A stretch of DNA of 63,738 nucleotides, counting the filler, from Choristocarpus tenellus KU-1152 (Eukaryota; Protista; Phaeophyceae): NCBI GenBank assembly GCA_964200185.2. It is 10 parts of 10 records of this genome, joined end to end, with 100 filler letters (N's around TTAATTAATTAA, not from the genome) between each part and the next. Parts side by side here need not be neighbours in the genome. Positions count along the whole stretch, not along the records: positions 16,003 to 37,450 come from CAXNAD020000343.1; positions 37,551 to 40,563 come from CAXNAD020022940.1; positions 40,664 to 44,461 come from CAXNAD020017863.1; 7 more parts are not named here. One strand, written 5' to 3'. Positions 26,001-42,440 of the stretch are shown here, one piece after another (the first letter of the stretch is position 1; every line of letters begins with the position of its first letter). A program made the translations under genes and the position numbers. The notes below the pieces were generated by a model that was not told the origin of the DNA, did not search any database, and saw nothing but the letters and a program-made list of their open reading frames with translations.

Positions 26001-29000
26001 GGTCGGATCTTGTGTTTGAAACCAAGGAGTACAGAACATCTGGTACAAGGATACTGGCGTCGGTAGACGAGACTCAGCAGCTCTTGGACGACCACATTGT
26101 CAAGACCCAAGCAATGCGAGGGTCCAGGTGAGCAAAAGGAAAGGATGGGGCACTTGTTTTATATGCCTAAAGAAGAGAGGGGAGATGGTGGATGAGAAAT
26201 GGCATTACACTTTGAAGTCGTATCATAGTTCTCTGCGATCTAAAGCACAAGAACAACATTACACATTGAGATAATGTCGTAAGTACAGTGTGTTCTTTGA
26301 AGTCCTTCGAGAATAATGTCAAGAACCTCAGTGCATGTTTTTCGTGCAGATCGAGTTTAAGGTCGAAGATCATCCTAACACTCTTCTAACGTCTTTTTTT
26401 CTTTCCAGGCAAATCTCCCTTTGAGGAGTGAAATGTAGGTGAAGAGCGAGTTTCACATTTCCTTTCTTTGGGAATTGTTTAGCAGGAGACCCTGTCACGT
26501 CTTCCCTTTCCCCCTCCTTTTTGTGTGCTGTTTTGGTTCCAGGTTCATAAGGCCCTTTGTGGATCGAATAACCGAGTGGGACAAGACCCTGAACGATCTT
26601 CAGGTACGTGCAATATCAGCTTGGGGTGGCCCGTTGAAAATGACGAGGATTGCGTGAAAAGAGCAAAAAAAAGCACCGCTGAAAGCAACATGACAGGCCC
26701 TAAGAGGATTAGAGAGATCATCAGGTCCGCATGTTGGAAATGCTCGATATCCTCTTCATGACAAGATTCCTTTTCCATCCCTATCCCAATTGGTGTTCCT
26801 CCCAGGATATCATGGACAACTGGCTGAAGATGCAAGCCACCTGGCTCTACCTGGAGCCAATATTTTCATCGGACGATATCATGCGGCAGATGCCCGTCGA
26901 GGTAAGGTGAAGGTGGTCTTCTTATCAGTGATTTGATCGCACACACAGATTTCATGCAAAGTGTATGCTGGTCTTTAAAAAAAGAGTCTCTTCATTTTTG
27001 GTTTACAAATAAATGTATTGTAAGGTCGTAGTTTCTTCATTATTACAAATATTATTGCTGTGTACCATGGTCTTCCACTTGCCATTCAATGAGTTCATCT
27101 CATTGGCGCAGATTATCTCCTCATACGCAAGTCAGGCCTAGAAGTAGATTGTAGGACATGTAGGGCAAGTGGAGTGTGCAACAAGAGATTGCTGGGGCTC
27201 CTTGACACCAAAGAGAAGATAGCATATATTGCACTTTTCTCAAAGAACGAAACAATTCTTTACGTCAGACTCCAATGGATTTGGAGTAGATAGCTGTGTA
27301 AATTCAATTCAATTGGAGTGATCCACCACATGGAATGCCGGTCTGAAAATAGGTTGTTTACTCTGGTAGTCTCGAAATTCTAGATATGGAATCAAGACAA
27401 GATTGTCCATGTGGGGTTTGTTCGATTTTTCCTTCTTAGATATATGATGAGCCTTCTCAAATACCGTGCACAATTGCATAGCTTAGCACAACCAGGCATA
27501 TAGTATGATTTCGTGAACTCACTCCAGAATTCATAGTGCACAATTCTAGCTGACACGAGAGCTATGTTATGAGACAAACCTGTGGTGACAGGAACGCAAA
27601 AGAGGTTACTTTTGGAGCTCAGAGAGCAAAGGGGAAATTTCATTATGCAATAGAAAGACAATTTGAAAATTCTCTGTGATACAGAGTACCAAATTACTGA
27701 GACCTATGAGACCCAGCTCCACATACTTTTGAATGCTTTGGTTTCGAAAAATTTCAAAAGTACCTGATGTTCACCCCAATACATGTGGACAGTTTGGATG
27801 ACTAAGATCAAGCCCCCTTCAACAAAAAAAAATGACTTTTCCGCAGCTTCTTTATCTGATTTCTTCGAATTTCAAAACAAGATACTCCACCTTCAATGAT
27901 GTAAGAACAATAATATATTGAGCCAGCCGTACTTTTATTTCCATGTGGCAATTGCTGCTTCACATACCATGTCCGTCATATTTCCTGCACAAGTGATACC
28001 AAGATCGGTCTACGTGTTTAGATCATGCTTATCAAGTTCATGTTTTGTACCTTTCTGAAGCATTCAGAAAGGTTCTTCATGGTGGCATATTTCTTCTTAC
28101 TCCCACCTTTGATCAGTTTTCGAACATTGTGCGATGGTGACTCCCTTGGAGTTCAGTTTTCTACCTCGCAAAGTACGCGTCTACATTTCATAACCCAAAG
28201 TTGAATCATTAGTGAAGCCACACCACTGCATTGCGTCCAATACAAATGCCAGGGGAAGCTTTTTGCATCAGTTGACATGACTTGGCGAGACAATATGCTC
28301 AAGACATTTGTTGATCCGGCTGTGCTTTCAGTTGCTAGGAGACCAGGATTCCTTGATGCTTTGATTGATGGCAATGAAAAGTTGGACATCATCCAGAAGG
28401 GACTCAATGAGTACCTGGAGACCAAGAGGCTGGTAAGCTACAACCAGACACTCAACAATTGCAAGCAGAAGACAATCTGTGTACGTGCTTGGAATGAATG
28501 CACATCATTAGCCAGAAGAGATTGAACAATGCACGGAGATTGTTTGAAATGTAGTATGCTTTTATGAGCTGACTCTTGTTCCGTACTTTTTGATTGAAGG
28601 CTAACAAACCTACTCTGTAATAAAACATGGCATATGCACTGTTCACAACTTCAATAGCTGGTCCCTACTTGACATTCCATCGTGCTTGATACAACCATAT
28701 GTCTATCTACCTCTCATCCATCAGCTGTTCTTGATCTTGCTTGATCTTGCCCCAGGCATTCCCCCGTTTCTACTTCTTGTCAAACGACGAGTTGTTGGAG
28801 ATACTTGCTGAAACAAAGGATCCACTGCGTGTACAGCCTCACCTCAAGAAGTGCTTTGATGGCATATCTAAGTTGGAGTTCCAGGAGAACCTTGATATCA
28901 CTGCTTGTATGGATCCTGGTGGAGAGAGAGTGCCCTTCCCATATGAAGAGGTGTGGCATGAAAATTGCTAAGGGTATGACTGACTGCGAAACGGGGGTGG

Positions 29001-29004
29001 GGTG

Positions 29005-29045
<41 letters not shown>

Positions 29046-32000
29046 ATATGTGTGTGTGTATCAAATGTGCCTGTGAAGTGATCTGCATAGAAAGTCCCTG
29101 GTTTACATCAAATAAAAGAGCATACATCAATATTTCATACTTGGAAGTATTAAGTTCCATGATCTGCCAATTCTTTTCAATGGATCTCCCTCTAGTACTT
29201 TTCCAACTTGAGATGCTTCATAATTGTATAGCAGTGTTCTATCAAAAAGGGACTACTTAGTGCTCCTTTGAAGCGAAGTATAGGACAATGCAATGTAGTC
29301 GAATGTTTGGGAGTTGTTAACATCTGGAAGGGCGATACGTCATGACAATGAACTCCCGAGAATTTTTCTTTTCTTGTATGGACAGGGTCGTTTTGAGGAG
29401 AAGTTTGTTAGATTCACGTAACCCTCCACATATTTTTTTTTCATATAACAAGAGCACTTGCCGTTTTATGAATGGCGGTATCGTATTTTCAAGTACTACA
29501 TTGATTACATGGATTTTGTTATGGGTAACAAAGATGCAATGACCATATCAAACAGTGCCAACCTGAGTTCTATGCATGTTTCACAGGTACAGCACCAGAT
29601 GATCAACCCGAACAACTCAGGCGGCAATGTGGAGCGTTGGCTAGTAGAGGTGGAGATCATGATGAAGAAGGGTCTTGCGCATGCCATTGATACCTCTATG
29701 ATCATGCATGCTACAGAGGATCGCATTAGCTGGGTGCAGCAGTGGCAAGGGCAGGTGGGGATGTTAGTAACACTGGAAAAGAGGGAAGCAAGTCCGTGGT
29801 AGGCATGAGAAACTGAACAATCATCATCTCCCTCTATAATCGTGGCAAGCCCACTCTTTTGAACAGAAATATCTAAGAGGGTGGATGCATTTGGTCTTGA
29901 ATGATGTCACTATTTCGTTCATGACCTTGCTCAAATCGTTGCTGTTAGTCCTTACCCTTCATGTATCCTTCTTGTCGACAGGTAATCCTTGTAATCAATC
30001 AGCAGTCTTGGACACATCAACTTGAGGCCGTGATCCCAACCATGGTTTCTGACCCTGCAGCCCTAAAAAAACACCATACACATCTTTGTGAGGTGAGATA
30101 TTGTTCAATAAAGCATTGCAGCATCAAGGACACGTTGTGTCTCTCACCCTTGAGTGTAAAATTTGATGGAGATAGAGTGAAATCTTCCAAACAACACTGA
30201 GGGATCAATAACTCACCCTTGTTGATGCGTTCATCCCTACAGGAGCTCTTGCGTACAGTAGAGCTGGTGAGAACAGATATTGACAAGAAACTGCGGACAT
30301 CCCTTGGGGCAATGGTGGTTATGGACGTTCACAATCGAGACACCACTGAAGAGCTTGCTCATCTCGGGGTGAGCATAGTCAATACCTTTCATGTCAATGG
30401 ATTCAAGCAGAGGAAACGTGGTGGATAGGAGCTTCTGAACTTGCAGATATTGTTTTTTGCTACGTACTTAGGCTATGCCTGGGGGTGGAAGGGTGAGCTC
30501 TATATAGGTGTCCTCATCTACCTACCCTCTTTCCTACAATCCAAGAGATATTATGAAATCTCTAGTTGTGAGAGGATGGCACATCAATGTGCCAATATTA
30601 TTTCTTGGAAGAAAAATGCAATTGCTCTGAAATGTGTTGCATAATTGTTTTACCTTCTATGCCGTCCGGTGCTTGATTCCAGTACCATTTTGTTCCTAAT
30701 TTTCTTGACCTCAAATCCGACACACTCTGCCAGAATGGATGTAGCAGTCTACAAGCCCAAATAAAGTGATCCACAAAGGGAACTGATGTCCCAAGTCTCG
30801 CCCCGGGCGTGATATATCCCCGAGTTTCATTCCTCATTCTCAAGTCCTTAGCATTCACTCTGGTAACTGTCTTCCAACCAACTCCATATACTTCCCATTT
30901 CACATCCCTTGACCTACTAACATGAACATCTTTGTCAGGTCTCAGACATAGGAGAGTTTGATTGGCTCGCTCAATTGCGGTACTACTACACTCATGGGGG
31001 TGCCTCTGCCCTTTCAGGGGAACCTGGGTCTATCCAGTGCAAGATGATCAATGCAGTGCAGCTCTATGCCTATGAGTACCTTGGCAACAATGGTAGACTT
31101 GTCATCACTCCTCTCACAGACAGGTGCCCAAACTTAATACTTACTGTGGCTCAGCCAATGACGAAAAAAAGAGTAGGCTATGTCTAGTTATGCATAATAA
31201 TGACCTTAACCCCCCTCTTCTGTCCAACAAGTGTCTACTAGCAAGACCCTTCATCTGGCAACCAAGCCGGTCAACGTTTTGCAAGGACCATGTTGCTTGT
31301 AGACAAGTTTCAATGAAAGACTGCTTAGTATTGGTTTTAGAAGAATGGATGTTGGTTGCCAAACACAACACCTACCTTCTGAGTCCTCTTCCTTTTCTTT
31401 TTTGCTGATGCAGGTGCTACCGAACTTTGATGGGAGCCATTCACCTCAATCTAGGTGGTGCCCCTGAGGGACCTGCGGGAACAGGCAAAACCGAGACAAC
31501 AAAAGACCTGGGAAAGGCCATTGCCATTCAGGTGCAGGTCTTGGTATACAATGCTGTGCCCTCTGCAAATATAGTTTCATCCTCGAATGTCCCAACATTC
31601 AACCAAGAATATCCAAGATTTTGGGGTGGGTCCTCCTCGCCGTTCTGTTTTTAAAATTGTGAGAAAGAGTTGGCCCAGCTTCATGGGTATAGGCGTTATT
31701 CTAAGGCATTGCCGCCAGCAGAAAGAGTGAAAGTTATGTCAAGTCATATTATTGATCCTGACTGACACATATTGTGGCGTAAGTAGTGATAGAATATTGT
31801 ACTTTGTCCCCCATTCTATGCACCCTAAGAAGTTGTCTTGCCTATAAATTCTAGCCAAGGTGGCCAGCTCAATCAAATTGCATTACACAGTTACTTTTTT
31901 CTCGTTATCTGCTACTAGGAGGCACTGCTCCCTCCTGGAATTCCCAGACACTCCCACACTTCGCATTCTGTTGTACTTTCAACTATGTGGCACTCCCTAC

Positions 32001-35000
32001 ATTTCAAATTCTGGATCATCTCTGGGATATGGCCATTTCCAAAGACAAAAATTGGAAGAGAGCCAAACCGATGGAGACGTAGGCAAGGTAGCATTTTATT
32101 GTTCCAGAGAGTTGTCACTTTGTTTCTTGAGAGGGGGATATCAATTTTGTGTACAGTATTGTGCACATTAAGCAATGAAATAGAGTGCATTGCACAGGGT
32201 AAGAAAAATATAGCTTAGAATGCAAAAGGGTCTACACTTGCCTACCTCTCGATTGGTTTGACTCAGGAGTTGAAGTCTAAGGGTTAGGGTTAACTCATCA
32301 CAGATAAACAGCTCACGTCCTCTGCTGCTCTTGACCAAATATTGGCAGTGTGTTGTAACCAACTGCTCAGATGGGCTGGACTATCTCGCTATGGGAAAAT
32401 TCTTTAAAGGTGCGTAGTGGTTTACCCTAGGAAAGTCAATTAAACTTTGAAGAAAATGCATGCAAGAGTATATGGGGTGCCTTGGAATCTCAGTGCAATA
32501 GATAGATGAAATACTTTGAAGGAGTAGACAATTTCGCCATATACACTTCACATGTCACTTGGATGTAGAGAGTCAGATTACTATGAAAAAAAGATGCTGA
32601 TGTGCTGCTCCTACTGCAAAATGTATTATTCAATTTGAAGCACAAAACCTTCTGCGAACGTAACCATGGTCTTGAGAGTAGTTCTGCCTGCCAGTGCTGA
32701 ACCACCATAACACCATGTTTAAACTTCAGGGCTGGCATCTTCTGGTGCATGGGCTTGCTTTGATGAGTTTAACCGCATCCAACTCGAGGTTTTATCTGTG
32801 GTTGCACAGCAGGTCAGAGGAGTTCTCACAAGACCTTGCATTAGTACTCTGGCAGATGTGCTTTCAAAATCTGTGAAGTCATTGGGATGAAGACCTCAGC
32901 TTGATTCTGTCTCATTGACTGTGAACCCTACACCACAAAATGCTTCTCCTAAAGACATTCTCTTCATAACCTTGCAGGTCCTGTGCATTCAACAAGCCAA
33001 GGCCAGAGACCAAAAAAGGTTTGTTTTTGAGGGCACAGAGCTCAATCTTGTGCACACCTGCTGCCCATTTATCACCATGAATCCCGGCTATGCAGGGCGT
33101 GCAGAGTTGCCCGACAACCTTAAGGTAACGACTATGATGAAGGATTGAACAGAAACAAAATCTGTAGAAACAAGCAAAAAATTCTATGGCAAGAGACTGT
33201 CACCTCAAAACTACCCTCCCTGTTCAACACCCCCAACTTATATTGGGTCCTCTATTGTTGTAATCTTTGCCACTGGCCACTTCTTTATAGGTCCTCTTCC
33301 GAACTGTGGCAATGATGGTTCCTGACTACGGCATGATCAGTGAAATAATCCTGTATTCCTTCGGTTACACGGAGGCGAAAACGGTAGGATAGCCAACAGG
33401 CTAGCTTGCTATGGTTCCGTGTGTGCATGCTAGGCCAAGGAGTTGAGGACTATTGACAAATATCTTCACCGAAAAAAAAAGAAAAAGAAAAAGAAAAAAA
33501 AACTCTCATAAGGCGTGGGCAGCAGAACAGATTGGTTTGATTGGTTGGACTCTTGTTCTTGCCGGCTGAAAATATCTTGTTTTCTCTTTGAATTAGACAG
33601 GCAGACATAAATTTTCTTTTAGGACTTTTCTAGCACGTTTTTATCGATTTTGATCCTGCGGTGCTTCGCATCTTGAAGCTATTCTCCTTGCACCTTGATG
33701 AAAATCTTGAAGTGCTTCTGACTCAAACTGTAACTGGTTTATAGTTCCACACGTGGCATAGTATGACTGATCTTGATAAGCGGTAGTCCCCACCTCTTTG
33801 CAAAGGAAGTATGAACTCCTATCGGAATTTTTGCATCTGATCAAGTCCATTTCTTTCCACATACATGGCAACAGATGGCTGTGAAAATTGTTACCACATA
33901 CATGCTCTGCTCAGAGCAACTATCATCACAGTCACATTATGACTATGGTATGAGAGCTGTGGTTGCCGTGCTGAGAGCTGCGGGGAACCTCAAACGCTCA
34001 GATGGGCACCTGCCAGAGGACGTGCTGGTACTTAGGTGTGTGGTATGCCTCATATTTCACTGAATGGAGTTTTTTGCAGGTATTGAGCATGCTTTTAGTC
34101 CCCTGAAATGCGATTACTAGAACTACTTGGTTAGATTGTGAATTATTGTCGGCTCAATTCCCGTCTGTATGTTTTCAACAGGAGGAATGGCTAGCATTGT
34201 CGTTGGGCATGGGCTCGGATTGATGCATTAAGACACCCTACTTCATTGTTATTTTTTTGAACTAAGAATTGATCATGGCTTACAATGGTGAAAGGATAGT
34301 TAAGACTCATGTGCCATGGACTCAACGCTTAACCATGGCACAATTTGAACTTACCAGGTCCATCATTGATGTGAATCTGCCCAAGTTTTTGTGGTTCGAT
34401 GTGCCCCTCTTCAATGGGATCGTCTCAGACTTGTTCCCAGGGGTCAAGGTACCTGATCCAGACAGGGTGGCCATGCGACAGGTGACTTTTAGAGAAACTA
34501 GAAATGCTTTCTTTGCACGAAATTTGGGTGGGATTGGTGACTAAATGTCAAACAGTGGACCCACCGCAGTAGAGTCAAAGTATCTTAGAGGGTACGATAT
34601 TTGCCCTGTTTGTCCATTTGTGGCTTGACTTCCCACGTTTTTTTTTTCTTGACATTTTAAATATTCCAAAATATTTTGAAGTAGGTAATATCTGTACTTT
34701 ATGAAAATGTGTGTCCGGAACAAGGATATTGACACTTCCTAACACACATAACAGCCAAAATTACATCAAAATCGCAACATTGGATTTTGGACCCCAAACG
34801 GACGGGGATCTACCCTCTAAAAGATACCTTGACTCATATCTATTCCTGCTCCAGGTCAGAACAAAGATTGTATCCAAATGCGATGGAAAACAGGCATGTC
34901 AGACATCCTCAAATTATTCCAAGCACACATCTCGCAGCCCAAGTTGCCCTTGGTAACATCGAACATAGACTCATCATGTGTCATTGCCGCTGCTTTCTAT

Positions 35001-37015
35001 GGCCCAGGCATTTGAGGATGGCTGCCAGCACTACAACCTTCAACCCACAGCATATTTCTGGGAAAAGGCAAGGCATGACTGTTGCCCGCTAAGCAGAAGT
35101 TCTTTTTCACTCGTTTGGAACTTTATTCTCCAACTTGAAACGGAGTTCTGAATTGGTTGCCTTGGCCTTAAGATACAAGCACAGGGAGAGTGACAGAGAC
35201 TAACTCTCCTGGTCGTCCTCGTAACGTCATTTGTTCGTATGCTTTCAATATGGATGGGGCATTCATCAGGTGGTGCAAATATATGACATGATGGTTGTCC
35301 GACACGGGTTCATGATCGTGGGACTGCCGTTCTCTGGGAAGACAATGGCATGGAAGGTTCTTGCCTTTGTGCTAGGCCTTTTGCATGAGAGGTACGCTCA
35401 CCAAAGGGGCACATACGCTTTTAATGTGTTTTCTTCAATCATCAAGGTAGTCTTGAAAAGGGATACCTCATTCACACACAAATTGTTAATGGGGAGTCCA
35501 CAAGAAATAGCTTGGGATGTTCTTTCAGTGAACGTTTATATTGGGCAGTAACACAGGGCATCACACCCAAATTATGTTTTTTTCAATGAATGCTTCCTTT
35601 TCATCGTAATACTCACCTGAGCCACGCAACAAGATATTGTATTGTATTGTAACCAATCAGGAACATCCACCTCCACCCACAAGGTATCCACAAGACCCAA
35701 GATGGACAAAAGTGATCCCTTTCCTTATGAATCCCAAGTCCATTACCATGGGTCAACTGTATGGACAGTTTGATCCAGTATCTCACGAGTGGACGGATGG
35801 GGTTTTAGCCATTCAATACCGGAATGCAGCTTCCAACAAGGTGCACATGAGCAGGAAGGCAGAGGGTTTACTCAAGCAATGGCAGCGTTGCTATGTGACA
35901 ACATGGCAAGAAGATATTAAGATACTGTATTTAAGGACTTTTCAAGGGTATGCAAGTCATTTAATTATCAAAGCCTTTGTTGGAGTGTTGGTGGTACTCA
36001 CTTTTGTGCTCTGAAAAAGCACTGTGATTTCGAAGCACGAGATATCACAGATTGCCCTATCCGATATTTCACAATATTAAAATGCTATATTGTTGGACAG
36101 CCTCTACCTCAATGCCAATTCATCTCTTCCTACTCTCTTTTCCATTCTATCCCCTTCACCTGTACTTGTGGTGTAGGTGGGAGAACCTGAGGATCGGAAA
36201 TGGATCCTCTTCGATGGCCCTGTGGATGCCATTTGGATTGAGAACATGAACACCGTACTGGATGACAACAAAAAGGTAAGGGAAATTTGGACTATTTGTC
36301 ATATATACGTTTTGTGGAATATTCTAGGTTTGCATATTAGGCCATACGGTACCATTTCTGTTTGCTGTACTTGATGACGATTGGGCAGCTAAACGAGACA
36401 AACATAGTACTCTGCAGTAGTAGCATGCACCAAGCATAACTATTGCAAAAGAAAGGTTTGATGCCCCCACATGCCTTGACTATGATGTAATGTTTGGATG
36501 TTTCTATCCCTCACCAAGGTGCTTGCACTGATACGATTCGATCAGGGATCAGTGTTGTGTTTCCACAAGAACAGTGCAAGAAACAAGGGTGCTTTAGCGT
36601 TTTCAAAGACTGCTGTACAACCAATGGGTAACCAAAAGGGTATAGTCCCCAGTTGTACCTCTTCAGTAGACATGAGAGCAGCAGACTTCAGCATGGTTGC
36701 ATACTCTCACCAGCTAATATTCAGCTTTGTCCATATACATTTCTGATACCATTTGAAACATTTCCCCTATTGCTCCTCTTCTTCTCCTTCGTGTTTTATT
36801 CCACACCTGATATGACATTTGTGTAGCTGTGTCTGATGAGTGGAGAGATCATAGCAATGTCAGATGTTATGTCAATGATGTTTGAACCAATGGATCTCCT
36901 AGTGGCCTCGCCAGCCACAGTAAGCCGTTGTGGGATGATCTACATGGAGCCGGAAAAGATGGGGTGGCGACCAGTTCTGGACTCTTGGATTAACAGGTTC
37001 AATATAGAAAATAAG
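17002..37015 (+). CDS. Axonemal dynein heavy chain, single-headed inner-arm type (DNAH7/DNAH3/DNAH1-like); internal fragment covering tail, linker, AAA1 and AAA2; 34 exons, about 1450 aa
   Basis: Phase-compatible exons: 17002-17087, 17727-17810, 18458-18559, 19082-19240, 19675-19788, 20552-20644, 21139-21225, 22304-22399, 22748-22942, 23331-23443, 23846-24053, 24429-24599, 25053-25169, 25937-26127, 26543-26603, 26806-26901, 28253-28432, 28756-28950, 29587-29754, 29982-30092, 30243-30368, 30939-31123, 31414-31531, 32349-32409, 32730-32812, 32978-33124, 33291-33383, 33875-34035, 34358-34481, 35008-35067, 35270-35391, 35684-35840, 36177-36275, 36827-37015. Motifs: [45 protein letters not shown]1 loop [39 protein letters not shown]2 loop [44 protein letters not shown]. 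The first three exons are less certain. Confidence 0.97.
18063..18245. mobile_element. MITE family A, full copy, inverted, in dynein intron
   Basis: GGCTCAAAATATAT ... AGTTACTTTGAGCC, flanked by TTT on both sides. Confidence 0.9.
21752..22025. mobile_element. MITE family C copy in dynein intron
   Basis: GAGTCGCAGTAAGTGGGAGGTACC ... GGATACCTCTCGTTTACTTTGGCTC; flanks CGT/TGT. Confidence 0.8.
22621..22720. repeat. Decamer tandem repeat (CTATTCTATC/CTGTTCTATC) x10
   Basis: Directly visible; gives the [10 protein letters not shown] low-complexity ORFs. Confidence 0.95.
24120..24370. mobile_element. MITE family C copy (right end degenerate) in dynein intron
   Basis: Starts GAGCCAAAGTAAACGAGAGGTACCCA; ends near CAACTCCGGGTACAGCTCGTT. 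Confidence 0.75.
29008..29059. repeat. (TG)n microsatellite
   Basis: Directly visible. Confidence 0.95.
32060..32264. mobile_element. MITE family D copy in dynein intron
   Basis: TIR GAGCCAAACCGAT / ATTGGTTTGACTC. Internal AAGCAATGAAATAGAGTGCATTGCACAGGGTAAG shared with 2481-2734 and 56252-56436. Confidence 0.8.
34572..34835. mobile_element. MITE family B, full copy, inverted, in dynein intron
   Basis: GAGTCAAAGTATCTTAGAGGGTA ... TACCCTCTAAAAGATACCTTGACTC. Confidence 0.9.
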
Positions 37016-37427
37016 GTCAACATATCCACCGTTTTACAACATGAGTCCCCAGTCGCTTCACAACTCTTAGGAGTAGTCAAAAACATGCTCTGTGCATCGA
37101 CATACTATTTCAAGGTTTCATGGAGAAAGTTGTTCGTGCAGTGGTTGGTACTCATCATTCCTTATAGAAGAAGACTCTCAACTAGGGTTTTCATGCCAAA
37201 TGCTACAGTGAGTAGGACTTATTTAAGTTCCCACTCAGACAGCGGTAATCCATTGGCAGAGTAGAGGAATTAGAGCCATTTTAATGCATTGCTACGTTCT
37301 CATCTTCAGTAGCTTGAAACCACCAGCAATATTAGAGTAACCATACTCATATTCACAGAAACACAGGCTATCCATCTCCTAGAAAAAGGAGAAACTGCTC
37401 TAAAAATAATAGATATGGTAGGGGCAA

Positions 37428-37450
37428 GACCTAAAGTAACTGGGAGAGGG
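37428..37450. mobile_element. Probable MITE family A terminus at contig end
   Basis: GACCTAAAGTAACTGGGAGAGGG resembles GACTCAAAGTATCTGGGG; only 23 nt available. Confidence 0.5.
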
Positions 37451-37550
37451 NNNNNNNNNNNNNNNNNNNNNNNNNNNNNNNNNNNNNNNNNNNNTTAATT
37501 AATTAANNNNNNNNNNNNNNNNNNNNNNNNNNNNNNNNNNNNNNNNNNNN
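37451..37550. other. Artificial contig linker
   Basis: 44 N + TTAATTAATTAA + 44 N. Confidence 0.98.
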
Positions 37551-37764
37551 TGAGTAAAATGCCAGAGTTAAACAGGGGTGCTGCCTAGAGGGATGGACTG
37601 GAAAGGGGTCGATGGAGGGGGGGGGACATGGTTGCTTTGGTGGCTGTGAGTTGTTGCGATTTGTTGTTTATTTTGTTGAAGTGAAGTGTTTCTTCTTAGT
37701 GCCTTCTTGTTTAAGCCCCCCTTGCCACATCCACCCCCCCCTCCTGTCTTTGCATTGCACGTAG

Positions 37765-40492
<2,728 letters not shown>

Positions 40493-40563
40493 GTGCGGTA
40501 ACATAGAACTGTGTGGGGGTATTAAGTGGTGCTTGCATCAGGGGGGGTTATGCCTGATGTCAG

Positions 40564-40663
40564 NNNNNNNNNNNNNNNNNNNNNNNNNNNNNNNNNNNNN
40601 NNNNNNNTTAATTAATTAANNNNNNNNNNNNNNNNNNNNNNNNNNNNNNNNNNNNNNNNNNNN
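40564..40663. other. Artificial contig linker
   Basis: 44 N + TTAATTAATTAA + 44 N. Confidence 0.98.
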
Positions 40664-40773
40664 GTGATCTGGTTGCATACGTCGGATCGTTACTGTAAAT
40701 GCACTTTTCGTCATTTTGACCCAAATGGACACCCTGGTGTCGACCACCCCCCCCCTCCCAGATACTTTGAGTC
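40664..40773. mobile_element. MITE family A half copy at contig start
   Basis: GGTTGCA...GTAAATGCACTTTTC...AATGGACACCCTGG...CCCAGATACTTTGAGTC. Confidence 0.85.
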
Positions 40774-42440
40774 TCCTTTGAGGCACAAAGCCCCTGAAGT
40801 TCCAAGACTGAGTCAGAAAGTCCTTCGACAACATTTTCTTCCAGTATGGTGAGTGTCTGTCACTTCCTTTTCATTGGTACTTAGAAATACACTTGAAACA
40901 CGTGCTCAAGTACTCTAGAGTGAACGAAGTCCCTACAGAAATGGCTCAAGTACACAACGCTGATTTTCAAAGTGAAAAAATACACAATTCCCAACAACTC
41001 CAGACTGGAAGAATATCAACTTGGTGATTGTTGAGACCAGTCCAACACCTTGCAATATATCTTGACTCCCCTCTTTTTCACCCCTCTCTGCTTCCAGTCT
41101 TTGGTCTCCGCTTCAGTACCCATTCGCCAATAAAGACACTGCTTGCATTGCTTTTAAATGTGCAAAGTATCATCTCTTTCGAGCATTTGTACTGCTGTAA
41201 GTATGGCAGCCTGAATACGGCATAAAGCACTACTTTGTATGAGGCACTTTGCACATCTGTGTGCTTTCTCCTCAGTAGGGTGTTGACTCTCCTCTCTGCA
41301 GGAGTTCTTCCAGTCCAGAAATGTAAGCTGTTCCAGGTATTGTGGAGTACAAAATCAAAAGGATTCTGCTGTGACTGTACGTGTACTAAGCCCAACTCCA
41401 CCTTCTTCATGTGGAAAAATCCTAATGTACTACAGTAGTATAGCATCTATATGAAATTTGCCTTCATGTCTTGTACTCAGCTCGTAGCTCACCCCTTTTC
41501 CTAAAAAAGGTAGATATGTATTCATTTTGTTCATCAGCCTTCTCAGGTCTATGACTCCCCTCTCACGGTGGATTGTTAGTTAGTGTTAGTGTCTCAATTG
41601 GCCCCATCTGTGCTAACCTCTTAACTTCATTTTAAGGCGCCAACAGACTTTTTAAAAAACAATTATTTATTTATTTCCCCGACTCCTTAGCCCAGTATCG
41701 ATATGTGTGTTTAGTCCACAGAACACCAAGTGAGCAATACATGACTCGTTGTGCCTTGGGGCCAAGAGCAGTGACAACTGGTGTTAGCCCTAACCATTGG
41801 CATGCTCTTTTTCATCTTCCTCACCACACAACTCTTTAGCTGGTGACAATACTCCAGAGTAAGACCTTTCCCTTTTGAACATATCCTGCAGCACAAAGTC
41901 AACCTTTGCATTTACAACAAGCCCCACAACCCCCTGTCACCCTCCTGTCCCCCTCTGGGCAACTCCATCCCACCCAAACAAGCAAGTCATTCCAACTACT
42001 GGCAACAACGTGGTAATGTCACTTCTTAGTTTCCAGAAGGTTTTAAAGGTTTTCTTCCTGAAGGCATGAGGCCCAGTTATTCCCAATCTGGAGATGCAGC
42101 AATCAGCCAAGCTGCTCCTATTACAACATTTACTATTCCTAAAGTACTTCAAAGTATGAGTAGGCACTAATTTTCCTTTCCATACTCTTGAGTATGCCTA
42201 TATTCTTCACCCTCTCTCTCCTGCCCTAACCCACCCCTGCCTCTGAGCGACTTTTCTGTATAATAGCTATCACGACGAAAATAATTCTTCGAATCATGGA
42301 CACCAAATCAACTTTGTGGGGATACTGTCGCAAGCAAACAGAAATACCTTACCATTATTTCCATTTATCCTCACACACAGTGATGAAATATCAATGACAG
42401 TAGGGTGATGAGGGTGTCCTCCACACATTCACACACACAC

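Noticed and set aside
17002-37015. Introner-type elements creating the dynein introns
   Set aside because: MITEs lie inside introns and never supply splice sites, and the introns are not similar to one another.
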